Shown in pieces: positions 16,405 through 25,279 of a DNA stretch of 61,518 bases. Position 1 is the first letter of the stretch; the number at the start of each line of letters is the position of its first letter. Origin of the DNA: Fidelibacterota bacterium (GTDB lineage: Bacteria; Fidelibacterota; Marinisomatia; Marinisomatales; Marinisomataceae); the NCBI GenBank assembly GCA_029253045.1, contig JAQXAG010000048.1, positions 1 to 61,518 on the forward strand, written 5' to 3'. The notes under the pieces are model-generated. The model searched no databases. It had not been told where the DNA came from and was given only the letters and a program-made list of their open reading frames with translations. The position numbers were made by a program, and so were the translations under genes.

Positions 16405-17091
16405 ATGGCACACAGATTATTACCTTTTAGACAGTACGACGAGAATGACGTAGTCAATCTCTTCGCCCTGAATGCAAAAACCTTGGGTGTAGACCTCAAG
16501 TTGATGAAGCCTTCGGCGGATGACATTAACGCGGACGGAGTTTTAGTTTCCGTTGAAAACGGGAATATGGTTGACAATGATGTCAACTCATTTGGAGAAG
16601 ACGACAGATTCATGAATTCCTATGATTCGCCAGTCGGAAGAAACCCTTATCCAACTAACCCACTTAAGATTGCTCCAGCAGCTTCTGGAACGAGACCTCT
16701 TGGAGTTACTCTTAATCAAACTCTTGCAGTTGATGAGAATGGAGAAAGCTTGCTTTTCAATCCAGTAAAGAAGGATGAGCTTCAAGCAGTTCTTTCTGGT
16801 CAAACCGTTCCAGTTTTAGGAAAAGGAATCATCACGGTTCACCAAAGCGCTGTAGAGTACCAAGCTCAAGGAAATTACGGATTGCCAATAGTGGGAGATA
16901 GACTTATCTCTGCTGGAGGAGGAAAATTCGCATCAGTCGCACCAAATGCAGCTGCTGGAGTGAAAGCCAACCAAGCCATCGGACAAGTTTTAGCTATTGG
17001 AAGCAGAGGAGGTCCTAGCGCCAATAGACCAGTAGGTCTTCGCCCAGATTTCCAAAGCGGAAATTACTACGTAATTAAGCTTGATTGCTAA
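16405..17091 (+). CDS. head decoration / capsid accessory protein (positional candidate)
   Basis: 228 aa, in the lambda gpD position between the scaffold and capsid genes. It shares the elevated G+C and C-ending codons of the capsid gene. PIVGDRLISAGGGKFASVAPN...NQAIGQVLAIGS is reminiscent of DUF2190/decoration proteins. Confidence 0.35.
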   Translation: MAHRLLPFRQYDENDVVNLFALNAKTLGVDLKLMKPSADDINADGVLVSVENGNMVDNDVNSFGEDDRFMNSYDSPVGRNPYPTNPLKIAPAASGTRPLGVTLNQTLAVDENGESLLFNPVKKDELQAVLSGQTVPVLGKGIITVHQSAVEYQAQGNYGLPIVGDRLISAGGGKFASVAPNAAAGVKANQAIGQVLAIGSRGGPSANRPVGLRPDFQSGNYYVIKLDC

Positions 17092-17126
17092 AACTATAAC
17101 ATTTAACAAAAAAAGGTTTAACTAAA

Positions 17127-18188
17127 ATGAATATTACACTCAAAAGAACCGACGAGCAAATCGAACTGGTAAAGGCTATGGCCTCTAAGGACAGAAGTGT
17201 CGCTTACGAAGCTCAACAAGCACTTGCCGCATTCATCGGACCAGTATTGGCCGAGGTTGTAGATAACGCTCCGACATTAAGCAACTTGTTCACCGCTTTT
17301 CAATTCGCCGCTGACGACAATCCAAGTATTCCTTTGGATCTTTATCACGATGTAACTGATGACGAGTACATCAAGGTTTACACTTCTAACACTGCTGGTG
17401 GGCTTCCTTCCAGTCATGTTACTCCAACTCATAGCGAGCTTAAGCTCTCTACTTACAGGTTGGAAAGTGCAATCGACTTTGATAAGCGCTATGCTTCTCG
17501 TTCCAGACTCGACGTGGTTAGTAAGAGTATGTCAAGATTGGCTCAAGAAATCATGCTTCAACAAGAAGCAGCTTCTGCCGCTTTGATCATGGGTACTATC
17601 GCTGACAATGAAGATAAGTGCTATACTCAAGTTAAAACTGCTGGTAAACTCGATATGGATGACTTTAACGCTCTTCTCACGAAGGCTAAAAGAAACAATC
17701 CCGCATGGAATGCTGGTACTCCTGAGCGCAGTCGTGGAATTACCGATCTTATCGTTTCTCCAGAAGTCGTTCAACTTCTTAGATCTTTGGCTTACAATCC
17801 AATCTCCACAGTAGCTGGAGAAGGTATTTCAGCTCCAGACAGCATGAGAAGCACCTTGTTCTCACAAGCTGGAATGACTGAATTCTTCGGAATTTCCATC
17901 ATGGAGATCTACGAGCTTGGACCAAATGCTAAGTATCAAGAAGTTGCAAAGAAACTTATCACAGGGCACACTGGCGCAGGTAAGGATAAAGACTTTGCTC
18001 TTGCCCTTGACAGAAGCCGTGAGTCTATGCTCCGCGCAGTTGCTGTTGATGCTGAGTCAGGAACTTCCTTGACCACTAGTGCTGATGATCAGTATGTAAC
18101 TAGATCCAAGAAGATCGGTTATTACTGCGAGCTTGAGGAAGGCCGCACGATCATTAACGATAGTGCAATCATCGGATTAGGTATCTAA
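17127..18188 (+). CDS. major capsid protein (HK97-fold, lambda gpE-sized)
   Basis: 353 aa, following the portal, protease/scaffold and D-position genes. It has the strongest G+C and codon bias in the window (~48% G+C in hand-counted blocks). A strong intrinsic terminator follows immediately. Confidence 0.75.
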   Translation: MNITLKRTDEQIELVKAMASKDRSVAYEAQQALAAFIGPVLAEVVDNAPTLSNLFTAFQFAADDNPSIPLDLYHDVTDDEYIKVYTSNTAGGLPSSHVTPTHSELKLSTYRLESAIDFDKRYASRSRLDVVSKSMSRLAQEIMLQQEAASAALIMGTIADNEDKCYTQVKTAGKLDMDDFNALLTKAKRNNPAWNAGTPERSRGITDLIVSPEVVQLLRSLAYNPISTVAGEGISAPDSMRSTLFSQAGMTEFFGISIMEIYELGPNAKYQEVAKKLITGHTGAGKDKDFALALDRSRESMLRAVAVDAESGTSLTTSADDQYVTRSKKIGYYCELEEGRTIINDSAIIGLGI

Positions 18189-18210
18189 GATATCTAAAAC
18201 CCTTTTGAAA

Positions 18211-18243
18211 ACGCGGTAGCTTTTGAGTTACCGCGTTTTTTTT
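18211..18243 (+). terminator. rho-independent terminator after capsid gene
   Basis: 8-bp stem ACGCGGTA (18211-18218) / TACCGCGT (18229-18236), a 10-nt loop, and a T8 run (18236-18243). Confidence 0.8.
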
Positions 18244-18315
18244 GTGGAATTTTCTAAATGACTTTTTATAATAATGTGTGTAGACTATATATGTATATGC
18301 TAACCCTCAAACACC

Positions 18316-18717
18316 ATGGCTAATAAAAAAACAACAAAAAATAGAGCAAAGAAAACTGGAATAAAGAAAGAAATTGAATTCATTGATGGTAAAGTTGATG
18401 ACGACAAGCAAGCTCTTTCAAAAGATATCGAAGAAATTTTGATGCCGAGTAAAAATCCATTTGGAACAAATTCTTCTGAGGATTTAGAAAATAAGTTAGA
18501 GGGAATGAATTTAAGGCAAATGCAAGAACTAGCAGTTAAGGCTAGTGTTTTTCCTTCTGGCAACAAAACGACTTTAAGAAAAAAAATTAAAAAAGAATTC
18601 TCAGTTAAATTTGGAACTAAAGATGGAAGCAGAAAATACAATGCGCCAACTGAATCTCCAATCGTAGCAGATAAAGAAGTAGCCAAAGATGTTATGGCTA
18701 TTTTGAACAAGAGATAA
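18316..18717 (+). CDS. small basic protein with Rho-N/HeH (SAP-like) motif
   Basis: 133 aa with a Lys-rich N-terminus. LEGMNLRQMQELAVKASVFPSGNKTTLRKKIKKEF matches the helix-extension-helix pattern (L..m.l.eL.elA...g...s....K..LI..I). The fully overlapping minus-strand ORF 18300-18710 is hydrophobic low-complexity sequence, an antisense shadow. Confidence 0.6.
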   Translation: MANKKTTKNRAKKTGIKKEIEFIDGKVDDDKQALSKDIEEILMPSKNPFGTNSSEDLENKLEGMNLRQMQELAVKASVFPSGNKTTLRKKIKKEFSVKFGTKDGSRKYNAPTESPIVADKEVAKDVMAILNKR

Positions 18718-18741
18718 TCTTTTTAATAAAAGGTTTTTGGT

Positions 18742-19254
18742 ATGGGGGCATACAATTTTTCAGATAATGTCAATGAGATTGGAAATTTAGCTTCTGGAAT
18801 ATACAAGTATGATTTTGACGAAGATTCTTCTTTAGTTAATCCAAGCTTTGTTTCAGGATGGCTGCAGAACAATGTTGGAGAGTTAAATATTTCTATTCAT
18901 AATTGCTATAGTGGAGAAAATCCAGGAATGGGAGATGAGGAGCAAAACATATACAGGCAAATGTTCTTAAGAGATTTTTACAAAAAAACAGGTAGGAAGG
19001 CTTTAATGGGAGTCTCATACACTTCCGCTAACGAAAACGGGCTTGTAACATCCGATTGGACTGAGTTAAGAGAGGGAGATAGTGTTATAAGAAGAAGAGC
19101 TTTATTAGCTAGCCCTAGCGAGAAAATAACGGCATCCAGGCAATTCTCAGAGCTATCAAGAGAAGCTAACGAGGAATTAAAGCATCTTTTATATAAATAT
19201 AATATATCAAAAGGTGAACCTAGACAGGTTGCAGGAAAAGATTCTCCAGCTTAA
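18742..19254 (+). CDS. hypothetical virion protein (head completion/connector candidate by position)
   Basis: 170-aa ORF after the capsid block. No motif recognised. Its stop shares TTAA with the convergent minus-strand gene. Confidence 0.5.
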   Translation: MGAYNFSDNVNEIGNLASGIYKYDFDEDSSLVNPSFVSGWLQNNVGELNISIHNCYSGENPGMGDEEQNIYRQMFLRDFYKKTGRKALMGVSYTSANENGLVTSDWTELREGDSVIRRRALLASPSEKITASRQFSELSREANEELKHLLYKYNISKGEPRQVAGKDSPA

Positions 19255-20237
19255 CCTTGCCCTCCTAACTCCATTAAATCTGACATATTCAAACTGCCGC
19301 CTTTTTTCTTAGCCGCTTGAGTTATGGAATTAGTTGATTTATCCACTCCCATATATTCATAATCTTCTTTTGTCGCCCCAAATACAGTAGAAGCTCCATC
19401 TTTATCCAAGTGTTCTTTCATTTTTTCTCTGCTTTTTGAGTTACTTGCAAAATCTAAAAGAGCCGCAGGATCTTTTCTTATTTTACTTGGAATATCTTGA
19501 TTATTGTCAAAAATATTTCTAAAAATTCTACTGTAAGTTAATATAGAAAGTTGATTGTTATTTAATTCAATAGCTGGTTTACCGAAAAGCTCTGTCGGTT
19601 TTTCGCTTATATACATGAAAGGAAAAAAGAACTCTTCTAAAACAATCTTTTGTATATTCTCCTCGCAAAAAGTTGACACCATTAAATTATTCACTTTGGT
19701 ATATTCCGCAATGTCACTATAAGAAAGTTCGTTAAAATCTTGGTCTGATAAAAATCTCTTTTTGAATTTTTTATCTAAATAAAAAGAGTTCGCAACAAAA
19801 TAATCATTAATTTGCTTGGAGGCATAAGCTTCTGCCGTATTACCAAGCAATGAAATTCTTTCATTTTTCTTATTATTAAATTTTGCTTGTTCTTCGTCTA
19901 TAATTTTTTGATGACGATCTTTTTCTGATTTTAAATTTAAATTATTTTTGGTTCTCTGGAGGTTTTCTAGAAATATTTGTTGAGTCTCTAGGAAATTTTC
20001 ATCTTTTTCGGTCCATAAATCATCTTCAAATATTATTTTTAAAGCTTCCTCTTCTGTGGGCAAACCTCTTTTTTTAGCCTTACTTAAGAATGTTTCTTCC
20101 TTTTCATTTACAGCTATATAATCATTAGCATGTAAATGTTTTGCATATAAAACATTATCTTTTACTGAGGTTTTTGTATAACCCAAACAAACATCTCTAA
20201 ATACTTTTCTATAAAAATATTCATCTTTTTCATACAT
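19251..20237 (-). CDS. hypothetical protein (inverted cassette 1, gene 3)
   Basis: 328 aa. ATG 20237 overlaps the upstream minus-strand stop by 8 nt (ATGTATGA). Its stop shares the palindrome TTAA (19251-19254) with the plus-strand gene. Lys/Glu/Asn-rich, with no recognisable motif. Confidence 0.6.
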   Translation of the reverse strand: MYEKDEYFYRKVFRDVCLGYTKTSVKDNVLYAKHLHANDYIAVNEKEETFLSKAKKRGLPTEEEALKIIFEDDLWTEKDENFLETQQIFLENLQRTKNNLNLKSEKDRHQKIIDEEQAKFNNKKNERISLLGNTAEAYASKQINDYFVANSFYLDKKFKKRFLSDQDFNELSYSDIAEYTKVNNLMVSTFCEENIQKIVLEEFFFPFMYISEKPTELFGKPAIELNNNQLSILTYSRIFRNIFDNNQDIPSKIRKDPAALLDFASNSKSREKMKEHLDKDGASTVFGATKEDYEYMGVDKSTNSITQAAKKKGGSLNMSDLMELGGQG

Positions 20238-20991
20238 CGCCAGAATCTATATCTTTATTTAAATCATCAAAATCTTCCTTAGATGCATTAGAGCTAAAAT
20301 ACCAAAAACTTAAAATTGATAATATTTTATCTTTTACAAGGTCAAAAATTTCGTGACCGTTTTCATCGACATCATAATATTGATCTATTTTATCTTCAGA
20401 TTCTTGCCCATTAAAGAAAGGTTTTACATCAGAATCTTCATTTTCTTGATAATGAGAAAGGTGAACTAAATACCAAAGTATAACTTTATTTTGAGCCTTA
20501 CTATCTGCCGTATGATTGAAAAGAGAAGAGTAGGAGGTTTCCATATCTACGATATCCCTTCTTTTTTCAGCCATCTCGCCAAGAAGAGAACTTAACCTAT
20601 CTTCGTCTTTTTTTTCTTTTTTTGGTTTTGATGACAATCTGCTGTATTTGTTCTGCATTTCTCCAAGCTCCGAATACCTTCTTGTTAAAAGCTTCGCATC
20701 TTCTTCTGTCAGTAACCCACCTGTATCACTATATTTTTTAGCTAACATGGCTTTTGTTAAAATACCTCTCTTTATGCATTTACTCATTTCTATGCTATAC
20801 TCTATGTCCGCTTCTTCCAAGTCTCTTCTGTTAGGTTCCTTAAGTAATATCTTTACTGGAACTGGCTTCTTGACAGTCTCCTCTATAGAGACCTCCTCCA
20901 TTTTTCCAGTCTCTTTATTTTTTCTTTTTTTCTTGACGGTCTCTTTAACCTCTCTGTCTATATCGACACTAAAACTGTATATCTCTTTCAT
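20230..20991 (-). CDS. hypothetical protein (inverted cassette 1, gene 2)
   Basis: 253 aa, with a highly charged N-terminal half (KKKRKNKETGK...) and an acidic C-terminus. Translationally coupled to the downstream gene. Confidence 0.6.
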   Translation of the reverse strand: MKEIYSFSVDIDREVKETVKKKRKNKETGKMEEVSIEETVKKPVPVKILLKEPNRRDLEEADIEYSIEMSKCIKRGILTKAMLAKKYSDTGGLLTEEDAKLLTRRYSELGEMQNKYSRLSSKPKKEKKDEDRLSSLLGEMAEKRRDIVDMETSYSSLFNHTADSKAQNKVILWYLVHLSHYQENEDSDVKPFFNGQESEDKIDQYYDVDENGHEIFDLVKDKILSILSFWYFSSNASKEDFDDLNKDIDSGDV

Positions 20992-21005
20992 GTATTAATT
21001 AATTT

Positions 21006-21311
21006 TTACTTATAATAATTTTTAAACTTAAATTCTACAATAAATTTTTCCAAATCTTCGCTTTGACTTCTCAATGAATCATTTCCCAAATCAAGAACTC
21101 TTTTTCTAAGATATTGCATTTTTTCAAAATCAAAATAATTTGCTTGATTTATGAGCGAATTGTAAGTCTCTGGTAAAGCTTTTTTTAATTTTGCAAAATG
21201 TATATTATGCTCTTCGTTCAAATCTTCAAGCATGAATAAAAAACCCTTGAATAAGCTTTTTATATGCTTTTCATACCTGTCTTGTAATATTTCTTTATCT
21301 TCCTCGCCCAT
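21006..21311 (-). CDS. hypothetical protein (inverted cassette 1, gene 1)
   Basis: 101 aa and helical-looking. It is preceded by a 66-nt AT-rich divergent intergenic region (21312-21377). Confidence 0.55.
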   Translation of the reverse strand: MGEEDKEILQDRYEKHIKSLFKGFLFMLEDLNEEHNIHFAKLKKALPETYNSLINQANYFDFEKMQYLRKRVLDLGNDSLRSQSEDLEKFIVEFKFKNYYK

Positions 21312-21358
21312 AATAAGCTAGATATAATAATTTTCAAAAACAATTTTTCAACAAAAAG

Positions 21359-21368
21359 AGTGTAATTT
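21359..21368 (+). promoter_or_regulatory. AGTGTAATTT upstream element
   Basis: GTGTAAT core ending 9 nt before ATG 21378. It restarts plus-strand transcription after the inverted cassette. Confidence 0.4.
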
Positions 21369-21377
21369 ATATATAAG

Positions 21378-21839
21378 ATGTCCAGCCTGATACCAGATTC
21401 AGAAAAAATTCTTTTACAGAATGCTTTCGACAGTGTTCATTCGACATTCGCAAGACCTATTTATTACTTTAAAGAAGCTCAAACTGTAGTCCTGCAAACA
21501 AACCCTTCTTTTAATTCAATATATGGTCAACAAAATAATGCTGTAAATAAAACCATCAAGAAGGTTATTCAATCTGGTGTCTTTAATGCTAGAATAGCAT
21601 ACGATACAGACAAAGCGAATTCTTACATTAATGATCCTGAAATAGATTCTCAATTAAAACTTAAGCTCCCTGATGGATATGTAAGAATAAAAGTTGATTC
21701 TAGTGGATATAAAACAATAAAGGAAACTAAAAGAGTTATTTTTGACGATAGAACTTTTTCGATAGAAAGTGATGTAAGGCCACATGGTTTGTTTAAACCC
21801 TCTTATTATACATTCTTTTTACTTCCTACAGAAAAGTAA
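21378..21839 (+). CDS. head-tail adaptor / head closure protein (candidate)
   Basis: 153 aa, the first gene of the neck/tail block. RVIFDDRTFSIESDVRPHGLFKPSYYTFFL resembles the C-terminal pattern of small head-tail joining proteins. The call is weak. Confidence 0.4.
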   Translation: MSSLIPDSEKILLQNAFDSVHSTFARPIYYFKEAQTVVLQTNPSFNSIYGQQNNAVNKTIKKVIQSGVFNARIAYDTDKANSYINDPEIDSQLKLKLPDGYVRIKVDSSGYKTIKETKRVIFDDRTFSIESDVRPHGLFKPSYYTFFLLPTEK

Positions 21840-21840
21840 A

Positions 21841-22494
21841 ATGGCTACACTACCTAGAGATGTTAAAAAATCTATTAATTCTCAATTACCTAAAGAAGTG
21901 GGAAAAAAAATAGAAGCTATGGTCCTTGAGAAGTTTGAGGTTATAAAAAATGCCATGATTCAAGAGTTTGAATCCCACCCTGTAACAGTAGAAATAGATT
22001 CTGGCCCAAATAGCTCAAATATTAGTGGCACACTTGGGGGGTATGGAAATTTATTTACTTTCATAGGATTTGCTGATGGCGATAATCCAATTTCAGAAGT
22101 TAGAGATAGGTTTGAAAAAACATTAATTAGAAAAATAAATTACAAAAATGGGTTTTTTAACTTCATAACAACCGAACCTACAAAATCAGAATTGTATGCA
22201 ATGACCCCTTTGCCTTGGGCTGTCGGACAGAGAAGCTGGATGGATGGAATAGAAACTGGGTTGTCTGGACTAGGATCTTATCTATATAAAGAAGGTAAAG
22301 AAATAAGTAAATCTAGATCTGGACCCGCAATACAATTAAAAGGGGGAAAGAAATCTGAATCAGCATTTGGAGGAAGTTCTACTGGGGGAGCTATAGGATT
22401 ACAAAGATCAAGATATTCTAGAGTATCTTATATAAGCTCTATTTTAAAAAATTTTAATAAATCTATTGAGAGGTTAAGAAACAGCACACTATAA
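21841..22494 (+). CDS. hypothetical neck/tail morphogenesis protein
   Basis: The track ORF starts at 21784 (alternative start) inside the previous gene. ATG 21841 (MATLPRD...) lies 1 nt after the previous stop and is preferred. 217 aa. Confidence 0.5.
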   Translation: MATLPRDVKKSINSQLPKEVGKKIEAMVLEKFEVIKNAMIQEFESHPVTVEIDSGPNSSNISGTLGGYGNLFTFIGFADGDNPISEVRDRFEKTLIRKINYKNGFFNFITTEPTKSELYAMTPLPWAVGQRSWMDGIETGLSGLGSYLYKEGKEISKSRSGPAIQLKGGKKSESAFGGSSTGGAIGLQRSRYSRVSYISSILKNFNKSIERLRNSTL

Positions 22495-23351
22495 TGAAAC
22501 CTAATTTCGGACATACCGCAACAACTAGCTTTACCATGTGGTTTGAAAACCACCTATTGAAAGCTGGCGAAGCATATGATAATAAAACTGGAATCTTGTA
22601 CCATGTAGATGATACGAGGTTGCCAAATTCATTTTTTAGATACAGTAGCCCTTATAAACAATGGGTTACAGAAAGTGGGGTTGGAGGATCTTATGTTCCA
22701 ACAGGCATATATGACGCAAACGGTATCATAGATAAAACTAAACCAGAAAAAGGTTACTATTTTGACTTCGAAAATGGAGGTATAGTGGTAACAGGAAATG
22801 CGGCATCAAACGATATGATGTTAAGCGGGTCTTTTGCTGTAAAAGAATTTAATATATACAACACAAACCAAACGGAAGAAGCTTTAGTAATAGAAAATAA
22901 ATTTGATAATAATAGTAGGTTTGCAATTCCAGAAAGCGGAATAGTTCCATACGATATGGTAACTCCTTCGATATTTATAAATAATGAATATATAGAAAAC
23001 ACTCCGTATGCTTTTGGGGGCGAAGACAAAACATCTCTAATCTTTAAATCAGTTGTTTTAGCAGAAAATTTATATCAATTAGATGGGGTTTTATCGTTAT
23101 TCTCAGACACAAGAAACTCAACAGTTGCAGATCTAAATTTTGAAGATTATCCTATAAATGAATACGGAGATCTTAAAACTGGAAAATATTCGTACTTAGA
23201 GACTTGTCGTAAGTCCTCAAAAAATCCTTTTAATATAGAAAAAGTCTCAACGTCTAAGATAAGCGACAACGTAAGAACAAAGATATCTCCTTCTTTATAT
23301 GTTGGATTCATTGATTTTGAAATATCAAAGCCTAGATTTCCAAGAATTTAA
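22494..23351 (+). CDS. hypothetical tail protein (tail terminator/completion candidate by position)
   Basis: 285 aa. TAATG start/stop overlap with the previous gene. It lies directly upstream of the major tail gene. Confidence 0.5.
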   Translation: MKPNFGHTATTSFTMWFENHLLKAGEAYDNKTGILYHVDDTRLPNSFFRYSSPYKQWVTESGVGGSYVPTGIYDANGIIDKTKPEKGYYFDFENGGIVVTGNAASNDMMLSGSFAVKEFNIYNTNQTEEALVIENKFDNNSRFAIPESGIVPYDMVTPSIFINNEYIENTPYAFGGEDKTSLIFKSVVLAENLYQLDGVLSLFSDTRNSTVADLNFEDYPINEYGDLKTGKYSYLETCRKSSKNPFNIEKVSTSKISDNVRTKISPSLYVGFIDFEISKPRFPRI

Positions 23352-23446
23352 CAAATAAGAAAATATTTCACATTATATTATTTCTAATGTAATTTAGGAT
23401 AAACCCATTTTTCCAAAAAACATAAAAATCTAAATATTTAAATATC

Positions 23447-25189
23447 ATGGCCAGAAACAGAGTTATTTATCAAAGTGAGGCGCTTTTTGTAAGCCCAAAT
23501 GCCACAGGATCTCACTTCACATGCACAGCCGTAGTTACGGGACTAGGACCGAAAATTGGAGTTAATCCAGCAACAAATGCAGCAGGTCAGACTGGTAATG
23601 CATTAGCATTGCACACCTTGTCAAGTCCTGTAGGTCTTCAAGAAGATCCACTACTCACAAAAGGGTATGGAGAGGCTGAATTCACCGTTGCGAAATTAGC
23701 ATCAGCTCGAAATGCTGGATTAAATTACGGAAAACCTGGTGTTATAGATGTTCTTAATATTAGTGGTGCTGCAGCAGAATCCATTGGCGCGGAATTAAAA
23801 GCATTAAATGGATGGGAACCTGCAGGAGCGCCAATCTTAAACGGAGGAAATACTCAAAATGCAGCAAGAGCTACTCTTGTAGCTGATAACACTGGTCAGT
23901 TACATTTCTTTACAAGAAAAAGTCATTTTGAAAATGCGGAAGCAGCTTATTTTAAATTAGGTGATGGACCTACTACTGGACCCGCTGGAGCTATATCTGC
24001 AGCAGATAGACAAAAAACTCCTTTCTGCGCTTTTATTCAACCATGGTCTGGCGACTATGAAAATCTTGTTCAACAAATTCATAGGGTACAAAGTGCTAAT
24101 TACAGCTTTACTATTAACAGAACTGATGTTAATACTTTTGGTCAACTCGCAAGAATTGATGCCATCGCACTTGAGCCACCCACAGTAAATCTTGACTTTA
24201 CTTATTACCCAACCGATGGTTTTAATGAAAGAAATCTTGGTTTCTATGTTCAAGGAGAAGACGGTTTGGGAGCACAAATGGGAGCTGCTGCAAGAAATAC
24301 CGCAGCAGGACACATGGGCTCAGACAATGCGGGTAAGAACTTTTTTATCTTAACCACACCTGAATCAACTGATGCATTTAATTCTACCGATTCAATTTCA
24401 GAAAGAAGTGTTATTGGATTAGGTAATGGATTCCTTAGCGATTATACTATAGAAGCCTCTGTTGGATCTATACCAACCGCAAACAGTACGATTGAGCTTT
24501 ATAATGCAAAATCTGACATTGGAACCACTGGAGTATCAATCCCTGGAGTTAATCTTGTAAATGGTCTAGCTTCAACAGGAGCTAACTTCTCACTAGGTCA
24601 TCCTGAATCTTTAAGAGGAGATTTTAAGGGAGCTTCGCCAAGTACTGGTGAGTTCGGAGGCTCTTCAATTACAGCCCTTAGACCTGGAGATATTCAACTT
24701 GAACTTCCTGCAGAACTTTCAATGTTCTCTAAGGTTTCTGGAGATGGAGCAGTTCACATACAAAACTTTAGTTTAAGTATGCCATTAAGCCGTAGCCCAA
24801 TTGATAGGTTAGGAACTAGGTTTGCATTCTCTAGAGTTGTAGACTTGCCCGTAACCGCGTCTCTAAGTGTAAGTGCTTTAATGTCAGACATAGGAACTGG
24901 AAATCTTGCAGACTTACTTGATGATTGTAAGGAGCACGATGTTAAGATCAAAATGTTTGGTCTCACTTCCTGTAATCCTGGAGATGAAAAAGTTCAAGCA
25001 TTAACGGTTGACTTTAAGGGAGCAAGAATTGATAGTGAATCAATGTCATCTGATATTGGAAGCAATAAGAGTGTTGACTTAACTTTCACAACTCAAATTG
25101 GAGGCCCAGAAGATCTTCTCCATGGAGTATTCATTTCTGGCGCGAATAGGAATATTATTCCAACATACGCTGATATACCTAATCGATAA
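23447..25189 (+). CDS. major tail (tube) protein with duplicated tube-like domain (T5 pb6-like architecture)
   Basis: 580 aa, the last gene before the TMP. It has elevated G+C and a strong terminator follows. The N-terminus MARNRVIYQSEALFVS recalls T5 pb6 (LRNTRIFVST). There are two copies of a tube-type motif: VQSANYSFTINRTDVNTFGQL...PPTVNLDFTYY (nt ~24086-24206) and IQNFSLSMPLSRSPIDRLGTR...PVTASLSVSAL (nt ~24757-24880). Confidence 0.65.
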   Translation: MARNRVIYQSEALFVSPNATGSHFTCTAVVTGLGPKIGVNPATNAAGQTGNALALHTLSSPVGLQEDPLLTKGYGEAEFTVAKLASARNAGLNYGKPGVIDVLNISGAAAESIGAELKALNGWEPAGAPILNGGNTQNAARATLVADNTGQLHFFTRKSHFENAEAAYFKLGDGPTTGPAGAISAADRQKTPFCAFIQPWSGDYENLVQQIHRVQSANYSFTINRTDVNTFGQLARIDAIALEPPTVNLDFTYYPTDGFNERNLGFYVQGEDGLGAQMGAAARNTAAGHMGSDNAGKNFFILTTPESTDAFNSTDSISERSVIGLGNGFLSDYTIEASVGSIPTANSTIELYNAKSDIGTTGVSIPGVNLVNGLASTGANFSLGHPESLRGDFKGASPSTGEFGGSSITALRPGDIQLELPAELSMFSKVSGDGAVHIQNFSLSMPLSRSPIDRLGTRFAFSRVVDLPVTASLSVSALMSDIGTGNLADLLDDCKEHDVKIKMFGLTSCNPGDEKVQALTVDFKGARIDSESMSSDIGSNKSVDLTFTTQIGGPEDLLHGVFISGANRNIIPTYADIPNR

Positions 25190-25209
25190 ATAAAAGCATA
25201 AATCGATTT

Positions 25210-25241
25210 AAAAAAACCCGCCAAATGGCGGGTTTTTTTTG
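25210..25241 (+). terminator. rho-independent terminator (A-tract / GC hairpin / T-tract, potentially bidirectional)
   Basis: A7 (25210-25216), stem CCCGCC (25217-25222), loop AAAT, stem GGCGGG (25227-25232), and T8 (25233-25240). Confidence 0.85.
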
Positions 25242-25269
25242 TTTATACAAATGTCAATTATCTATGTTT

Positions 25270-25279
25270 GGTGTAATAT
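25270..25279 (+). promoter_or_regulatory. GGTGTAATAT upstream element before tape measure gene
   Basis: GTGTAAT core 21 nt upstream of ATG 25300, directly after the terminator. An AAGGA-like ribosome-binding site follows (taaggatatATG). Confidence 0.4.

Noticed and set aside
18300-18710. 136-aa minus-strand ORF fully overlapping the 133-aa plus-strand ORF
   Set aside because: Its translation is hydrophobic low-complexity sequence, typical of the antisense of a Lys/Glu-rich gene. The plus-strand product has a recognisable HeH motif and fits the operon orientation.
20230-20249. Programmed frameshift (G/GT-like) joining the 253-aa and 328-aa minus-strand ORFs
   Set aside because: The downstream frame is +1 relative to the upstream one and is closed by a TAG only four codons before its ATG. 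No slippery heptamer is present. A simple ATGTATGA coupling overlap explains the arrangement.
20648-20998. Antisense or alternative-frame ORFs nested in large genes (for example 20648-20998, 55689-56222, 51503-51943, 14061-14423, 23957-24313, 25254-25595, 30744-31166, 9048-9275, 17359-17814)
   Set aside because: All lie entirely within longer, better-supported ORFs. Their composition is Leu/Ser/Phe/Ile- or Pro/Ala-rich, mirroring the opposite-strand codons. None has an independent start context.
21784-21839. Frameshift fusion of the 153-aa ORF with the following ORF (56-nt overlap in the track)
   Set aside because: The overlap is in the +1 phase, and an ATG lies 1 nt after the upstream stop. 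The location, before the tail-tube gene, is not the chaperone position.
23447-25189. 580-aa protein as a contractile tail sheath
   Set aside because: No tube, baseplate-wedge or sheath-initiator set is present. The downstream genes are the lambda-type M/L/K/I/J set of non-contractile tails. The protein shows two tube-type motifs, like T5 pb6.
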